DNA of 64,000 nucleotides, from positions 114,888,001-114,952,000 of the forward strand of contig NC_086097.1 of NCBI RefSeq assembly GCF_963921235.1. Direction: 5' to 3'. The translations under genes were made by a program, and so were the position numbers. The stretch is from Mobula hypostoma. Lineage: Eukaryota. Shown in pieces: positions 50,991 through 64,000 of this stretch. The notes below the pieces were generated by a model. It was not told where the DNA came from and searched no databases. It was given only the letters and a program-made list of their open reading frames with translations. Position 1 is the stretch's first letter. Each line of letters begins with the position of its first letter.

Positions 50991-51854
50991 AGAATTTGAG
51001 AGATTGCAAGGTTATGCAGCTCAACTGAAATGGTTACATAAAAGTGAACTGCAGAGATTCTTGTGAGGTGCTACACGCACACTTCGTTTACATTGCATGA
51101 ATAGTTCTCAACACAGTCATGGAATGACAGGCCAAAATGTGGGCAATATCTGCAATGATCAGTTGACTGATAGAGAATAGAATCAACTTTTTTCCTATTG
51201 GAGACATTTCTTAATAATACCTAAGTTGCCTTTAGGAGAAGTAAAAGAACATAAAGGTATTGGTTATGTGAGAATTGATTATTTCTCTTGGTGTTACTGG
51301 ACACACTTCAGTTATCTGGAGCATGTGCTACACCTTCCCTTAATTATAAGCTAATCTTCCAAAATCGGCAAACTGAAAAGCCACACCCATGTTTACTTGT
51401 TATTATTTACTGAAAGTAACTGTGGGGAAACTGCATTAACTGTATTTCAGTCTCAGATTTAAATCAGTAGATAGCGGCGCATACGTAGTCAGCTTAGCCA
51501 GTTCCATCATGGGCACGAGACTCCCCGTCTTCGAGGGCACCTTCAAAAGGTGATGCCTCAAAAAGGTGGCTTCCATCATTAAGGACGTGCTCTCCTTACA
51601 TTACCACAATCATAGAGGAGGTACAGAAGCCAAGTGTTTTAGGAACAGTTTCTTCCCCTCTGCCATCGGATTTCTGAACGGACAATGAACTATGAATACT
51701 ACCTCACTATTTTTGCTCTCTTTTTGCACTACTTATTTAATATATAGATAAAATGAAATATATGTGGATCCATCAAATGGCGAACTGTGTACACTGGACC
51801 ACGTTCCACTATCCTAGGGTCAGGAGGGTTGAGTGATTCATGGACAATGAGCTC

Positions 51855-52492
51855 ATGACCTCATTGAAACCTATTGAATGGTGAAAGGCCTTGATAGAGT
51901 GGATGTGGAGAAGATGTTTCCTATGATAGAAGAGTCTGGCCAGACAGCACAGCCTCAGAATAGAGGGGCATCTTTGTAGAATGGAGATGAGGAGGAATTT
52001 CTTTAGCTAGAGTGGCAGATCGGTGGAATTCTTTGCCACAGGCAGTTGTGGGGGCCAAATCTTTATGTATATTTAAGACAGCATTTAAGTATGTTGTTGG
52101 GATTTGCAGACCTTATTTATAGGGAAAGCTTGAATAGGTTAGGACTTTATTACTTCTTTATTTGATAGAGGTATATATAGGGTAAATGCAAGTAGGCTTT
52201 TTCCACTGAGATTGAGTGACACTGGAACTAGAGGTCATAGGTTCAAGGTGAAAGGTGAAATCTTTAAGGGGAACATCTTTACTCAAGAGGGTGGGAGGTG
52301 GATGGAATGAGCTGACAGCAGAAGTGGGGATGTGGGCTTGATTGAAAAGAAATTTGGATAGGTGAATGAATGGGAGGGTGTAGAGGGCTGTGGTTCAGGC
52401 GTGGGTTGATGGGACCACGCAGAATAATAGTTTGGCACTGACTAGATGGGCCAAAGCACCTGTATCTGTGCTGAGGTGCTCTATGACTCTAT
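51855..52492 (+). mobile_element. Two tandem degenerate CR1 3' fragments
   Basis: DLIETY*MVKGLDRVD, RRNFFS remnants; UTR ending GTGCTCTATGACTCTA. Confidence 0.7.
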
Positions 52493-52984
52493 TAAATAAT
52501 GGGCAGCCTTCATCATACTGGGAAACTACAGAGGGACTATTTTGAAACACTGGTGAGCACAGCCACATATAATGCTGCCCTAAACATAAAAGCGAATTTA
52601 TACTGGTGCTCAGGAATAGACCAAAGCCACCTGAAATACTGAATATGGTAAACACAGTTTGGCACACTTTGCTGCCTGTCCTCTTGAGTGTTTCCAGCAT
52701 ATTCTATTTTCATTTCAGAATTTCTATATCTACACCTTTGATTCCCTGAATTCCTATTCCTTCTTGACCCCTGTGACAGAACAGGTTGGCAAAGCTAATT
52801 CTCCCACTAACCTCGCCCCTTTGCCCAGTTAGTCACTTCTCCTTGTTCTCTCCCTGCTCTAGTTTCCCCAGTGGTTCACACACTCTGCCCTCCAGTTCTG
52901 CAGTTCTTGGGAGTTCACCATTTACACACCCCAACAGTAAAACAATCGTCAGCTTGGATAATCAAAACAATCCCTTCAGTTAAC

Positions 52985-54055
52985 GAGCAACACACACAAA
53001 ATGCTGGAGGAACTCAGCAGGCCAGGTAGCATCTATGGAAAAAAGTACAGTCGACATTTCAGCCCGACCCCTTTGACAGGACTGGAGATGAAAAGTGCTG
53101 AGGAGTAGATTTGAAAGGTGAGGAGAGGAGAGAGTGCAATTCCAGGCAACATGTGAAACTTGGAGGTTGGAGGCTACCCAAATGGAATATAAGGTGTGGC
53201 CTTAACCCGACAGTGAAGGAGGTTATGGATGGACATAACGGAATGGAACTGGGAAGTGAATTTAAAATGGGTGGTACATACACAATGCTGGAGGAACTCA
53301 GCAGGCCAGGTGGCACCTATGGGAAAAAGTACAGTCAATGTTTCGGGCCGAAACATCGACTACACTTTTTTCCATAGATGCTGCCTGACCTGGTGAGTTT
53401 CTCCATTATTGTGCGTGTGTTGCTCGGATTTCTAGCATCTGCAGATTTTCTCTTGTTTAAAATGGGTGGCCACTGGGAGAATCCGGTGGACAGAGTGTAG
53501 ATGCTCGGTGAAGCGATCTCCTGATTAACTCGGGTCTCACTGATATACAAGAGGCTATGCTGGGAGCACCGGACACAGTATATGACCCCAACAGACTCAT
53601 AGGTGAAGTGTCTCCTCACCTGGAAGGACTGTTTGGGGTACTGAATGGTAGTGAGGGAGGAGGTGTAGGGGCAGGTGTAGCACTTGTTCCGCTTGCAAGG
53701 ATAAGTAGCATGAGGAAGATCAGTAGGAAGGGACGAATAGACAGGGGAATCACATTGGGAGCGATCCCTGCGGAAAGCAGAAAGCCGGGGGGGGGGGCGG
53801 GTGCAGGGAGAGATGTGTTTGGTGGTGGGATCCCATTGGAGGTGGCGAAGTTTCGGAAAATTATGTGCTGGACACAGAGGCTGGTGGGATAGTAGGTGAG
53901 GACAAGAGGAACCCTAACCCTGGTAGGGCAGTGGGAGGATGGGCGTGAAACGGAAGAAGTGCAGTTGAGGGCAGAGTTGATGGTGGAGGAAGGGAAGCCC
54001 CTTTCTTTGAAAAAGGAGAACATCTCCTTCATTCTAGAATGAAAAGCCTCATTCT
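52985..54055 (-). mobile_element. Penelope-like element fragment (RT thumb, GIY-YIG) with a nested foldback insert
   Basis: SFFKERGFPSSTI, RVPLVLTYYP, HFTYESVGVIYCVRC..LYISET; paralogous to 1507-3036. Confidence 0.85.
53275..53455. mobile_element. Foldback mini-element made of two inverted Penelope tails
   Basis: Palindrome centred at 53347; 14-bp TSD TTTAAAATGGGTGG (53261-53274 / 53456-53469). Confidence 0.8.
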
Positions 54056-54789
54056 TCAGTCAACGTGCTCTACTAGTTTATAACTCATAAAAAACAAGGA
54101 TTCTAGACACAGCCGTTCCTTCACTTATTTTCACTCACACTGTTACATCAGTTTATAGACAACAGAGTGGACCCAAAGGACCCAAGGGCCAGTTACGGGC
54201 GTCCTAAAATAATGCCCGAGTTAGAGGGAGCAGGCGCGCCACAGCCTACACAGGGAACACTACTGGAGGGAAGGGGGGAGGCATTATTCTTTTATATTCA
54301 CCTCAGCATGTGGACACTGATCTATGGGTTTAACCAAGGCATTTCCTGTGGAATAAAATTGTCGGATGTTAGAATCTCTGTTTAAAGTGTTCCAGTTCTG
54401 CATCTGAAATAATTATTATGGTACCCTCACCCCTCAGGCCAACTGTAGAATTTCTTGGTCCTTTTGGGCCAGGTGGAGGCAGATTTAAACCCTCAGTCTG
54501 GCTTTGCTGAGAGTTGTGGAGGTTGGATTTGATGGTTGGTGAATAGCTATATTGGAAAGTTAAAGACAAAGTGTGTTGTGGAGAAAACTCTGTATATTTG
54601 TAATTTTAGTATGCACATGTTTGTTTCCATTTGTCTTTTTGTAAGTGCATTTCTTTCATCACAGCTTTTGCATTTTTTCACTTGGCACTAAATAAAACCC
54701 CTTTGTACTAACATGCTGTGGCAGCTTACCCTCGTTTTTTTTCAACTGGTGACCCTTATCAGGCACCTGATAGCGAGGTGTGACATCCT

Positions 54790-55390
54790 CATTATACATC
54801 TCCATCTACTCCTCAAGGACCTGACTGCCACTTGCAAATTAGTTTAGCTTTGGCCATTGTATCTTCCAGCCAACACATAAGGTGTCTTATCTGAGCAGGG
54901 GAATGCCGTACGTGAAGAAGGGTGGACCATCATTTCCCCGAGCTATGATCATTACATGCATGGCCTGCCCCCATGGCAGGGCACAAGTATTAAAACAAGA
55001 TGTTGAGTTTTTATTCTTCCTCATGCTCATTGTCCTGTACTGGGTGGGCCATCTCCCTGAGGATGAGTTCCCTGATTTTTTTGATCGGTGCCTTGCTCAG
55101 GTCCTCGGAGATTGACCCACAAGAACTGGATTGGATAGACTACAAATTCTGTCCTTTCCAGAGGCTTGCTTGCATTTTTGTCTAAAATTACCTTTCTGGA
55201 TACAAATATAATATTTTCCCATGCTGCTGATATTACCTCCGACTTGGGCTTTTCCATCCAGTTCTCTTCTGCCACTTCCTTCATCTCGCACATCTTCCCT
55301 TTGAGTTTTCCTAGCATTCCCAAGCTGCATCGACCCACAGTCATTTTCCTGAGTTCTGACTTTTCAGTGTTATCTTTACTGACGGGCAAC
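54790..55390 (-). mobile_element. Possible very old LINE (Tx1/L1-like) coding remnant
   Basis: Coding-like composition and weak motifs only. Confidence 0.25.
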
Positions 55391-55979
55391 TTTCTCACCC
55401 AGGGAGTGGTCAGCATGTGGAATGACTGCTAGAGGAAGTGTTTGAGGCAGGTACGTTATCAGAGTCAGGTCTAATATCACCAGCATATGTTGTGAAATTT
55501 GTTGTCTTTGTGACAGCAGTGTAATACAATAAACAATAGAAAAAAGCTTAAATTACTGTAAATATATATAATAGTTAAATTAAATAAGTAGTGCAAAAAT
55601 AGAAATTTTAAAAATCATGAGTAGTATTCATGGGTTCAACGTCCATTCAAAAATGAGATGGCAGAGGGGAGTGCGGCTTGAAGGGCGGGAATAGCCTATT
55701 CCATGCTGTATCTCAAATAAATAAATAGATAGATAAATAAATGAATGAGGTGATTGCTCAGACTTTGATCCCAACAAACACATTCTGACTTTTATACTCT
55801 CAACTTATCCTGCAGATCCTGCCTGTTGCCGAGATCTATAAGGTTTATCTGTCTGCTTCATTCTTCCCTGTGTTGCTGTTCCTGCAATCTTTAGGCAGCT
55901 ACAAATCAGCTACCACTTGTCTGACTTTCTATGCTCTGATCCTCAGATCAATTTCCTATTGTGTGCTGTTTGTCCATCT

Positions 55980-56395
55980 TGAAACGCAAGAGATTCTGCA
56001 GATGCTGGGTATCCAGAGCAACGTGCACAAAATGCTGGATCAGGTAACATCTACGGAGAGGAATATACGGTTAACATTTTGGGCTGAAAAGGAAGAGGGG
56101 AAGAAGCCAGAATATGAATGCGGGAAGAGGAGAAGAAGTACAAGCTGGTAGGTGATGGATGGAACCAAGTGAGGAGGGAAAGGGGGATGATGTAAGATGC
56201 TGGGTGTGGTGATTGGTGACTGATGAAGAAGGAATCTAATAGGAGAGGAGTGTGGCCCACCAAGGAAAGGGAAGGAGAAGAGGCACCAAAGGGTTGTGAT
56301 GGACAGGTGAAGAGAAGGGGTGAGAAGTGAGTCAGAATGTAGAATAGGAAAAGGGGTGGGGAGGGGTAGAAATGACCAGAAGTTAAAAGAATCTT
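55980..56395 (-). mobile_element. Penelope 3' terminal region
   Basis: CAAGAGATTCTGCAGATGCTGG start and purine-rich tract, the reverse of the 2640-3036-type region. Confidence 0.65.
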
Positions 56396-57351
56396 TACCA
56401 TTTTGATTGATACTTATATATTTTCAACAGATTGTCCTTCACTGATTCATAATTCTTGCATACTTCTTCCAAGCCTTTCGTAGGATCATGTTCCCCATAC
56501 AAATCTTCCAACTATAATTCCTTTTGTGATTGAATCTGGGTTCCTAAACTTGTAAGGGAGCAGCAGTAACTGTTCCACTATACCAAGTCTCCTTGCTTTA
56601 TTTTCTGTCTCTGCTGAGGATAACAGCCATTGAGAAGAGTTTCCCTTCACTCACTGCCAAGTTCATGTGCTGGGTTAGTGGTAACAGGGCAGGTGTGATA
56701 ACTTGGTATCAGCTGAACTTCGTTCTTCGATATGCCACAAAAAAAACTACATTGAAAGCTCTCATAATTTAAGTTTATTAATTGTACAGAACTTGATGTT
56801 AAAGATGTTATTGTTTCTTGAACTATGGAGAGGCTCAATGAATCAGGAATCCATTTTCCTTAGTGGAGAGCTCTCAGTCCAGAGGTTGTTGTGGTGGGAG
56901 AGATTAGGATATCTGGCATGGAAACGTTGTAAGGTATGGGACAATGGAGCAAGCAGCAAAGATGCCCTTGTAAGCAGGTAGTAATATCTGGGTTGGTCAT
57001 TAGTGCAGATGAAACTGGAGGATTATTTCTAATGGAAGGCCAAAGAATTCAACAGTGCTAAAATTCCTTGTAACATTCAAATAATACCAGGTTTGTGCAA
57101 AATAAAAATAAAATCATTTAGATTTTAAACAGATAAAGAATACTAAATGGATTAAAATATTGAGAAATTATTAATAATTTATTTTATTAATTAGTTTATT
57201 AATTATTAATTATTAAAGTTAATTGTTCTTCCTGTTTTCTAAGCTGGGAATGAATTGGGATTCTGAACTTGTACCAGGTCTGGCTGGCACAGGATTTCAA
57301 AGAAGGATTGTCAATGTAATTCCGGGACATCCCAGCACAGTCAGGCTTTAC

Positions 57352-60300
57352 ATAGAAACATAGAAACATAGAAAATAGGTGCGGGAGTAGGCCATTCGGC
57401 ACTTTGAGCCTGCACCGCCATTCAGTATGATCATGGCTGATCATCCAACTCAGAACCCTGTACCAGCCTTCCCTCCATATCCCCGATCCCTTTAGCCACA
57501 AGGGCCATATCTCACTCCCTCTTAAATATAACCAATGAACTGGCCTCAATTGTTCCCTACGACAGATTCACCACTCTCTGTGTGAAGAAATTTTTCCTAA
57601 TCTCGGTCCTAAAAGGCTTCCCCTTTATCTTCAAACTGTGAACGCTCGTTCTGGACTTCCCCAAAATCGGGAACAATCTTCCTGCATCTATCCTTTCCAA
57701 TCCCTTCAGGATTTTATATGTTTCAATAAGATCCCCCTCCATCTTCTAAATTTCAACAAATATATGTCTAGTCAATCCAGTCTTTCATCATATGAAAGTC
57801 CTGCCATCCCAGGAATCAATCTGGTGAACCTTCTTTGTACTCCGTCAATGGCAAGGATGTCTTTCCTCAGATTAGGGGACCAAAACTGCATACAATACTC
57901 CAGGTGCGGTCTCAACAAGGCCTTGTACAACTGCAGTAGTACCTCCCTGCTCCTGTACTCGAATCCCCTTGCTATGAATGCCAGCATACCATTCGCCTTT
58001 TTCACCGCCAGCTGTACCTGCATGCCAACTTTCAATGACTGGTGTATAATAACACCCAGGTCTCGTTGCACCTCCCCTTTTCCTAATCGGCCACCATTCA
58101 AATAATAATCTGTTTTCCTGTTTTTGCCACCAAAGTGGATAACCTCACATTCATCCACATTAAATCGCATCTGCCATGAATTTGCCCACTCACCTAACCT
58201 ATCCAAGTCACCCTGCATCCTCTTAGCATCCTCCTCACAGCTAACACTGCTGCCCAGCTTCGTGTCATCCGCAAACTTGGAGATGCTGCATTTGATTCCC
58301 TCATCTAAGTCATTAATATATATTGTAAACAACTGGGGTCCCAGCACTGAGCCTTGCGGTACCCCACTAGTCACCGCCTGCCATTCTGAAAAGGTCCCGT
58401 TTATTCCCACTCTTTCCTTCCTGTCTGCCAACCAATTCTCTGTCCACATCAATACCTTACCCCCAATACCATGTGCTTTAAGTTTGCACACTAATCTCTT
58501 GTGTGGGACCTTGTCAAAAGCCTTTTGAAAATCCAAATATACCACATCCACTGGTTCTCCCCCATCCATTCTACTAGTTACATCCTCAAAAAATTCAATG
58601 AGATTCGTCAGACATGATTTTCCTTTCACAAATCCATGCTGACTTTGTCCGATGATTTCACCGCTTTCCAAATGTGCTGTTATCACATCTTTGATAACTG
58701 ACTCCAGCATTTTCCCCACCACTGATGTTAGGCTAACCAGTCTATAATTCCCTGATTTCTCTCTCCCTCCTTTTTTAAAAAGTGGGGTTACATTAGCCAC
58801 CCTCCAATCCTCAGGAACTAGTCCAGAATCTAACGAGTTTTGAAAAAATATCACTAATGCATCCACTATTTCTTGGACTACTTCCTTAAGCACTCCGGGA
58901 TGCAGACCATCTGGCCCTGGGGATTTATCTGCCTTTAATCCCTTCAATTTACCCAATACCGCTTCCCTACTAACATGTATTTCCCTCAGTTCCTCCATCT
59001 CACTGGACCCTCTGTCCCCTACTATTTCCAGAAGGTTATTTTTGTCCTCCTTAGTGAAGACAGAACCAAAGTAGTTATTAAATTGGTCTGCCATGTCCTT
59101 GTTCCCCATAATCAATTCACCTGTTTCTGTCTGTAAGGGACCTACATTTGTCTTAACCAATCTTTTTCTTTCCACATATCTATAAAAGCTTTTACAGTCA
59201 GTTTTTATGTTCCCTACCAGTTTTCTCTCATAATCTCTTTTCCCTTTCCTAATTAAGCCCTTTGTCCTCCTCTGCTGGACTCTGAATTTCTCCCAGTCTT
59301 CAGGTGAGCCACTTTTTCTGGCTAATTTGTATGCTTCTTCTTTGGAATTGATACTATCCCTAACTTCCCTTGTCAGTCACGGGTGCAGTAGCTTACCTGA
59401 TTTATTCTTCTGTCAAACTGGGATGAACAATTGTTGTAGTTCATCCATGCGATCTTTAAATGCTTGCCATTGCATATCCACCGTCAACCCTTTAAGTGTC
59501 ATGTGCCAGTCTATCTTAGATAATTCACGTCTCATACCTTCAAAGTTACCCTTCTTTAAGTTCAGAACCTTTGTTTCTGAATTAACTATGTCACTCTCCA
59601 TCTTAATGAAGAATTCCACCATATTATGGTCACTCTTACCCAAGGGGCCACTCATGACAAGATTGCTAATTAACCCTTCCTCATTGCTCGATACCCAGTC
59701 TAGAATAGCCTGCTCTCTAGTTGGTTCCTCGACATGTTGGTCCAAAAAACCATCCCGCATACATTCCAAGAAATCCTCTTCCTCAGCACCCTTACCAATT
59801 TGGTTCACCCAATCTATATGTAGATTGAAGTCACCCACTATAACTGCTGTTCCTTTATTGCACACATTTCTAATTTCCTGTTTAATACCATCTCCAACCT
59901 CACTACTACTGTTAGGTGGCCTGTACACAACTCCCACCAGCATTTTCTGCCCCTTAGTGTTATGCAGCTCTACCCATATCGATTCCACATCCTCCCGGCT
60001 AATGTCCTTCCTTTCTATTGCGTTAATCTCCTCTCTAACCAGCACTGCTACCCAACCTCCTTTTCTTTCATGTCTATCCCTCCTGAATATTGAATATCCC
60101 TGAATTTTGAGCTCCAATCCTTGGTCACCCTGGAGCCATGTCTCTGTGATCCCAACTATATCATATTAATTAATAACAATCTGCACTTTTAATTCATCCA
60201 CCTTGTTACGAATGCTCCTTGCATTGACACACAAAGCCTTCAGGCTCGCTTTTACAACACTCTGAGCCCTTATACAATTATGTTGAAAAGTGGCCCTTTT

Positions 60301-61268
60301 TGATTTTTGCCCTGGATTTGCCGGCCTGCCACTTTTACTTTTCACCTTACTACTTTTTGCTTCTACCCTCATTTTACACCCCTCTGTCTCTCTGTACTGG
60401 TTCCCATCCCCCTGTTGTGAACTAACCTCCTCTCTCCTAGTCTCTTTAATTTTATTCCCACCCCCCAACCATTCTAGTTTAAAGTCACCTCAGTAGCCCT
60501 CGCAAATCTCCCTGCCAGGATATTGGTCCCCCTAGGATTCAAGTGTAACCCGTCCTTTTTTTACAGGTCACACCTGCGCCAAAAGAGGTCCCAATGATCC
60601 AAAAACTTGAATTCCTGCCCCCTGCTCCAATCCCTCAGCCACGCATTTATCCTCCACCTCATTGCATTCCTACTCTCACTGTCGCGTGGCACAGGCAGTA
60701 ATCCCGAGATTACTACCTTTGCAGTCCTTTTTCTCAACTCCCTTCCTAGCTCCCTATATTCTCCTTTCAGGACCTCTTCCCTTTTCCTACCTATGTCATT
60801 GGTACCTATATGTATCATGACCACTGGCTCCTCACCCTCCCACTTCAGGATATCTTGAACGCGATTAGAAATATCCCGGACCCTGGCACCAGGGAGGCAA
60901 ACTACCATCCGAGTCTCTGGACTGCGTCTACAGAATCACCTATCTGACCCCCTTACTATCGAGTCCCCTATTACATCTGCCCTCCTCTTCCTTTCCCTAA
61001 CCTTCTGAGCTACAGTGCTGGACTCTGTGCCGGAGGCACGGCCACTGTCGCTTCCCCCAGGTAAGCTGTCCCCCCCCAACAGTACTCAAACAGGAGTATC
61101 TATTGTCAAGGGGCACAGCCACCGGGGTACTCTCTATTACCTGACTCTTCCCCTTCCCCCTCCTAACCATGACCCACTTGTCTGCCTCCCGTGGCCCTGG
61201 TGTGACCACCTGCCTATAACTCCTCTCTATCAACTCCTCACTCTCCCTGACCAGACGAAGGTCATCGA
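57352..61268 (-). mobile_element. Young CR1 LINE, nearly full length (part of ORF1 and all of ORF2, with a few stops)
   Basis: ORF1 VVCLPGARVRDI..HIGTND; ORF2 pieces 60468-60166, 60117-59413, 59175-57772; (TTTCTATG)n tail; TSD GCTTTAC (57345-57351 / 61269-61275). Confidence 0.95.
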
Positions 61269-61599
61269 GCTTTACCATAAACTTCCTACTGGGACCAATC
61301 ACAAGCTTAAGAATACTTAGCATGACTGGATTCATTTGGAGTTGTCAGCCACAGTCAGATATATTAGGTCCTCTGAATTACAGTAGACTGTGCCAGTGAT
61401 GTAGGAACAGTTTATCCATACTGCAATGTCCCATTCAGATCAGAGCTAAAACCAGTAGGATGGATATTAATCTAAGTCAGAATAAAATTGGACCAGTTCA
61501 AATCCATCCAAGAGCTTAGTGATTACACCTGTCATTCTGTGGTTCACTTTGTGTCTTGAAATTCTGAATAAGTTCATGTAATGTCAAATTAATCAAGGT

Positions 61600-62030
61600 A
61601 CACTCAGTGACCGATTGACTAGGTACCTCCTGTATCTATTAAAGCGGCTACTAGGTGGATGCTCATGGTCCTCTGCTGTTGCAGCTCACCCAATACAAAG
61701 ATCAATGTTTTGTGTGCTCAGAGATACTTGCCTGCACATCACTGTTGTAATATATGGTTATTTAAGTTACTGTCACCTTCCTGTTAACTTGAACCAGTCT
61801 GACCATTCTCCTTTGACCTCTCTCATTGACGAGGGAGGACTAGAGATTGTTGTATGTGAAAATCTCAGGAGATCAGCAGAGATACTCAAACCGTCTGGTC
61901 TGGCACCATCAATCATTCCACAGTCAAAGTCACTTCAATCACATTTCTTCCCCATTCTGATGTTTGGTTTGAACAATAACTGAACCTCTTGATCATGTCT
62001 GCATGCTTTTATGCATTGAGTTGCTGATAT
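61600..62030. mobile_element. Tc1 remnant, same family as 7586-10965
   Basis: TA-CACTCAGTG end; matches 10300-10700. Confidence 0.7.
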
Positions 62031-62032
62031 TT

Positions 62033-64000
62033 ATCTGGCCCTGTAGCTCAGAAGGGTAGGGCAAGGAAGAGGAGGGCAGTTGTGATAGGGGACTCGATAG
62101 TAAGGGGGTCAGATAGGTGATTCTGTGGACACAGTCCAGAGACCCGGATGGTAGTTTGCCTCCCTGGTGCCAGGGTCCGGGATATTTCTGATCGTGTCCA
62201 AGATATCCTGAAGTGGGAGGGTGAGGAGCCAGAGGTCGTGGTACATATAGGTACCAATGACATAGGTAGGAAAAGGGATGAGGTCCTGAAAGGAGAATAT
62301 AGGGAGCTAGGAAGGGAGTTGAGAAAAAGGACCGCAAAGGTAGTAATCTCGGGATTACTGCCTGTGCCACGCGACAGTGAGAGTAGGAATGCGATGAGGT
62401 GGAGGATAAATGCGTGGCTGAGGGATTGGAGCAGGGGGCAGGGACTCAAGTTTTTGGATCATTGGGACCTCTTTTGGCGCAGGCGTGACCTGTACAAAAA
62501 GGACGGGTTACACTTGAATCCTAGGGGGACCAATATCCTGGCAGGGAGATTAGCGGGGGCTACTGAGGTGACTTTAAACTAGAATGGTTGGGGGGTGGGA
62601 ATCAAATTAAAGAGGCTAGGCGTGAGGAGGTTAGTTCATAACAGAGGGATGGGAACCAGTCCAGAGAGACAGAGGGGTGTAAAGTGAGGGTAGAAGCAAA
62701 AAGTACAAAGGAGAAAAGTAAAAGTGGCAGGCCGACAAATCCAGGGCAAGCATTAAAAAGGGCCACTTTTCAACATAATTGTATAAGGGCAAAGAGAGTT
62801 GTAAAAGAGCGCCTGAAGGCTTTATGTGTCAATGCAAGGAACATTCGTAATAAGGTGGATGAATTGAAAGTGCAGATTGTTATTAATGATTATGATCTAG
62901 TTGGGATCACAGAGACATGGCTCCAGGGTGACCAGGGATGGGAGCTCAACGTTCAGGGATATTCAATATTCAGGAGGGATAGACATGAAGGAAGGGGAGG
63001 TGGGGTGGCATTGCTGGTTAAAGAAGAGATTAACGCAATAGAAAGGAAGGACATAAGCCGGGAAGATGTGGAATCGATATGGGTAGAGCTGCGTAACACC
63101 AAGGGGCAGAAGACGCTGGTGGGAGTTGTGTACAGGCCACCTAACAGCAGTAGTGAGGTCGGAGATGGTATTAAACAGGAAATTAGAAATGTGTGCAATA
63201 AAGGAACAGCAGTTATAATGGGTGGCTTCAATCTACATGTAGACTGGGTGAACCAAATTGGTAAAGGTGCTGAGGAAGAGGATTTCTTGGAATGTATGTG
63301 GGATGGTTTTTTGAACCAACATGTCGAGGAACCAACTAGAGAGCAGGCTATTCTGGACTGGGTTTTGAGCAATGAGGAAGGGTTAATTAGCGATCTTGTC
63401 GTGAGAGGCCCCTTGGGTAAGAGTGACCATAATATGGTGGAATTCTTCATTAAGATGGAGAGTGACATAGTTAATTCAGAAACAAAGGTTCTGAACTTAA
63501 AGATGGGTGACCTTGAAGGTATGAGACGTGAATTAGCTAAGATAGACTGGCACATGACACTTAAAGGATTGACGGTGGATATGCAATGGCAAGCATTTAA
63601 AGGTTACATGGATGAACTACAACAATTGTTCATCCCAGTTTGGTAAAAGAATAAATCAAGGAAGGTAGTGCACCCGTGGCTGACAAGAGAAATTAGGGAT
63701 AGTATCAATTCCAAAGAAGAAGCATACAAATTAGCCAGAGAAAGTGGCTCACCTGAGGACTGGGAGAAATTCAGAGTTCAGCAGAGGAGGACAAAGGGCT
63801 TAATTAGGAAGGGAAAAAAAGATTATGACAGAAAACTGGCAGGGAACATAAAAACTGACTGTAAAAGCTTTTATAGATATGTAAAAAGGAAAAGACTGGT
63901 AAAGACAAATGTAGGTCCCCTGCAGACAGAAACAGGTGAATTGATTATGGGGAGCAAGGACATGGCAGACCAATTGAATAATTACTTTGGTTCTGTCTTC
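62033..64000 (+). mobile_element. Young CR1 LINE (ORF1 3' part and ORF2 EN), runs off the window end
   Basis: ORF 62148-62582 (esterase-like) and ORF 62684-63646 (APE); same family as the 7657 and 57352 copies. Confidence 0.95.

Overview
This is repeat-saturated vertebrate genomic DNA, not prokaryotic. The repeat repertoire suggests a cartilaginous fish, probably a ray or skate (inference). I could not support any host protein-coding exon, rRNA, tRNA or CRISPR array. The centrepiece is a near-complete, degenerate class I-type endogenous retrovirus (14133-27119: LTR, PBS-Ser, gag, pro, pol, env, PPT, LTR) inserted into an old CR1 LINE. Its pol carries an extra domain between protease and RT with two HxT-type motifs, resembling a 2H/CNPase-like phosphodiesterase. 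That domain is split by an unusual 3'-truncated L1 with a perfect 15-bp TSD. The rest is nested mobile DNA: many CR1 LINEs, Penelope-like GIY-YIG elements (one with a hammerhead-ribozyme core), a hAT transposon, Tigger and Tc1 elements, Rex1/L2-like tails, a deleted Gmr1-like Gypsy element, a solo LTR and a HERO-like restriction-endonuclease LINE. Coordinates were read by hand. Family names come from motif recognition and recall, not database searches.
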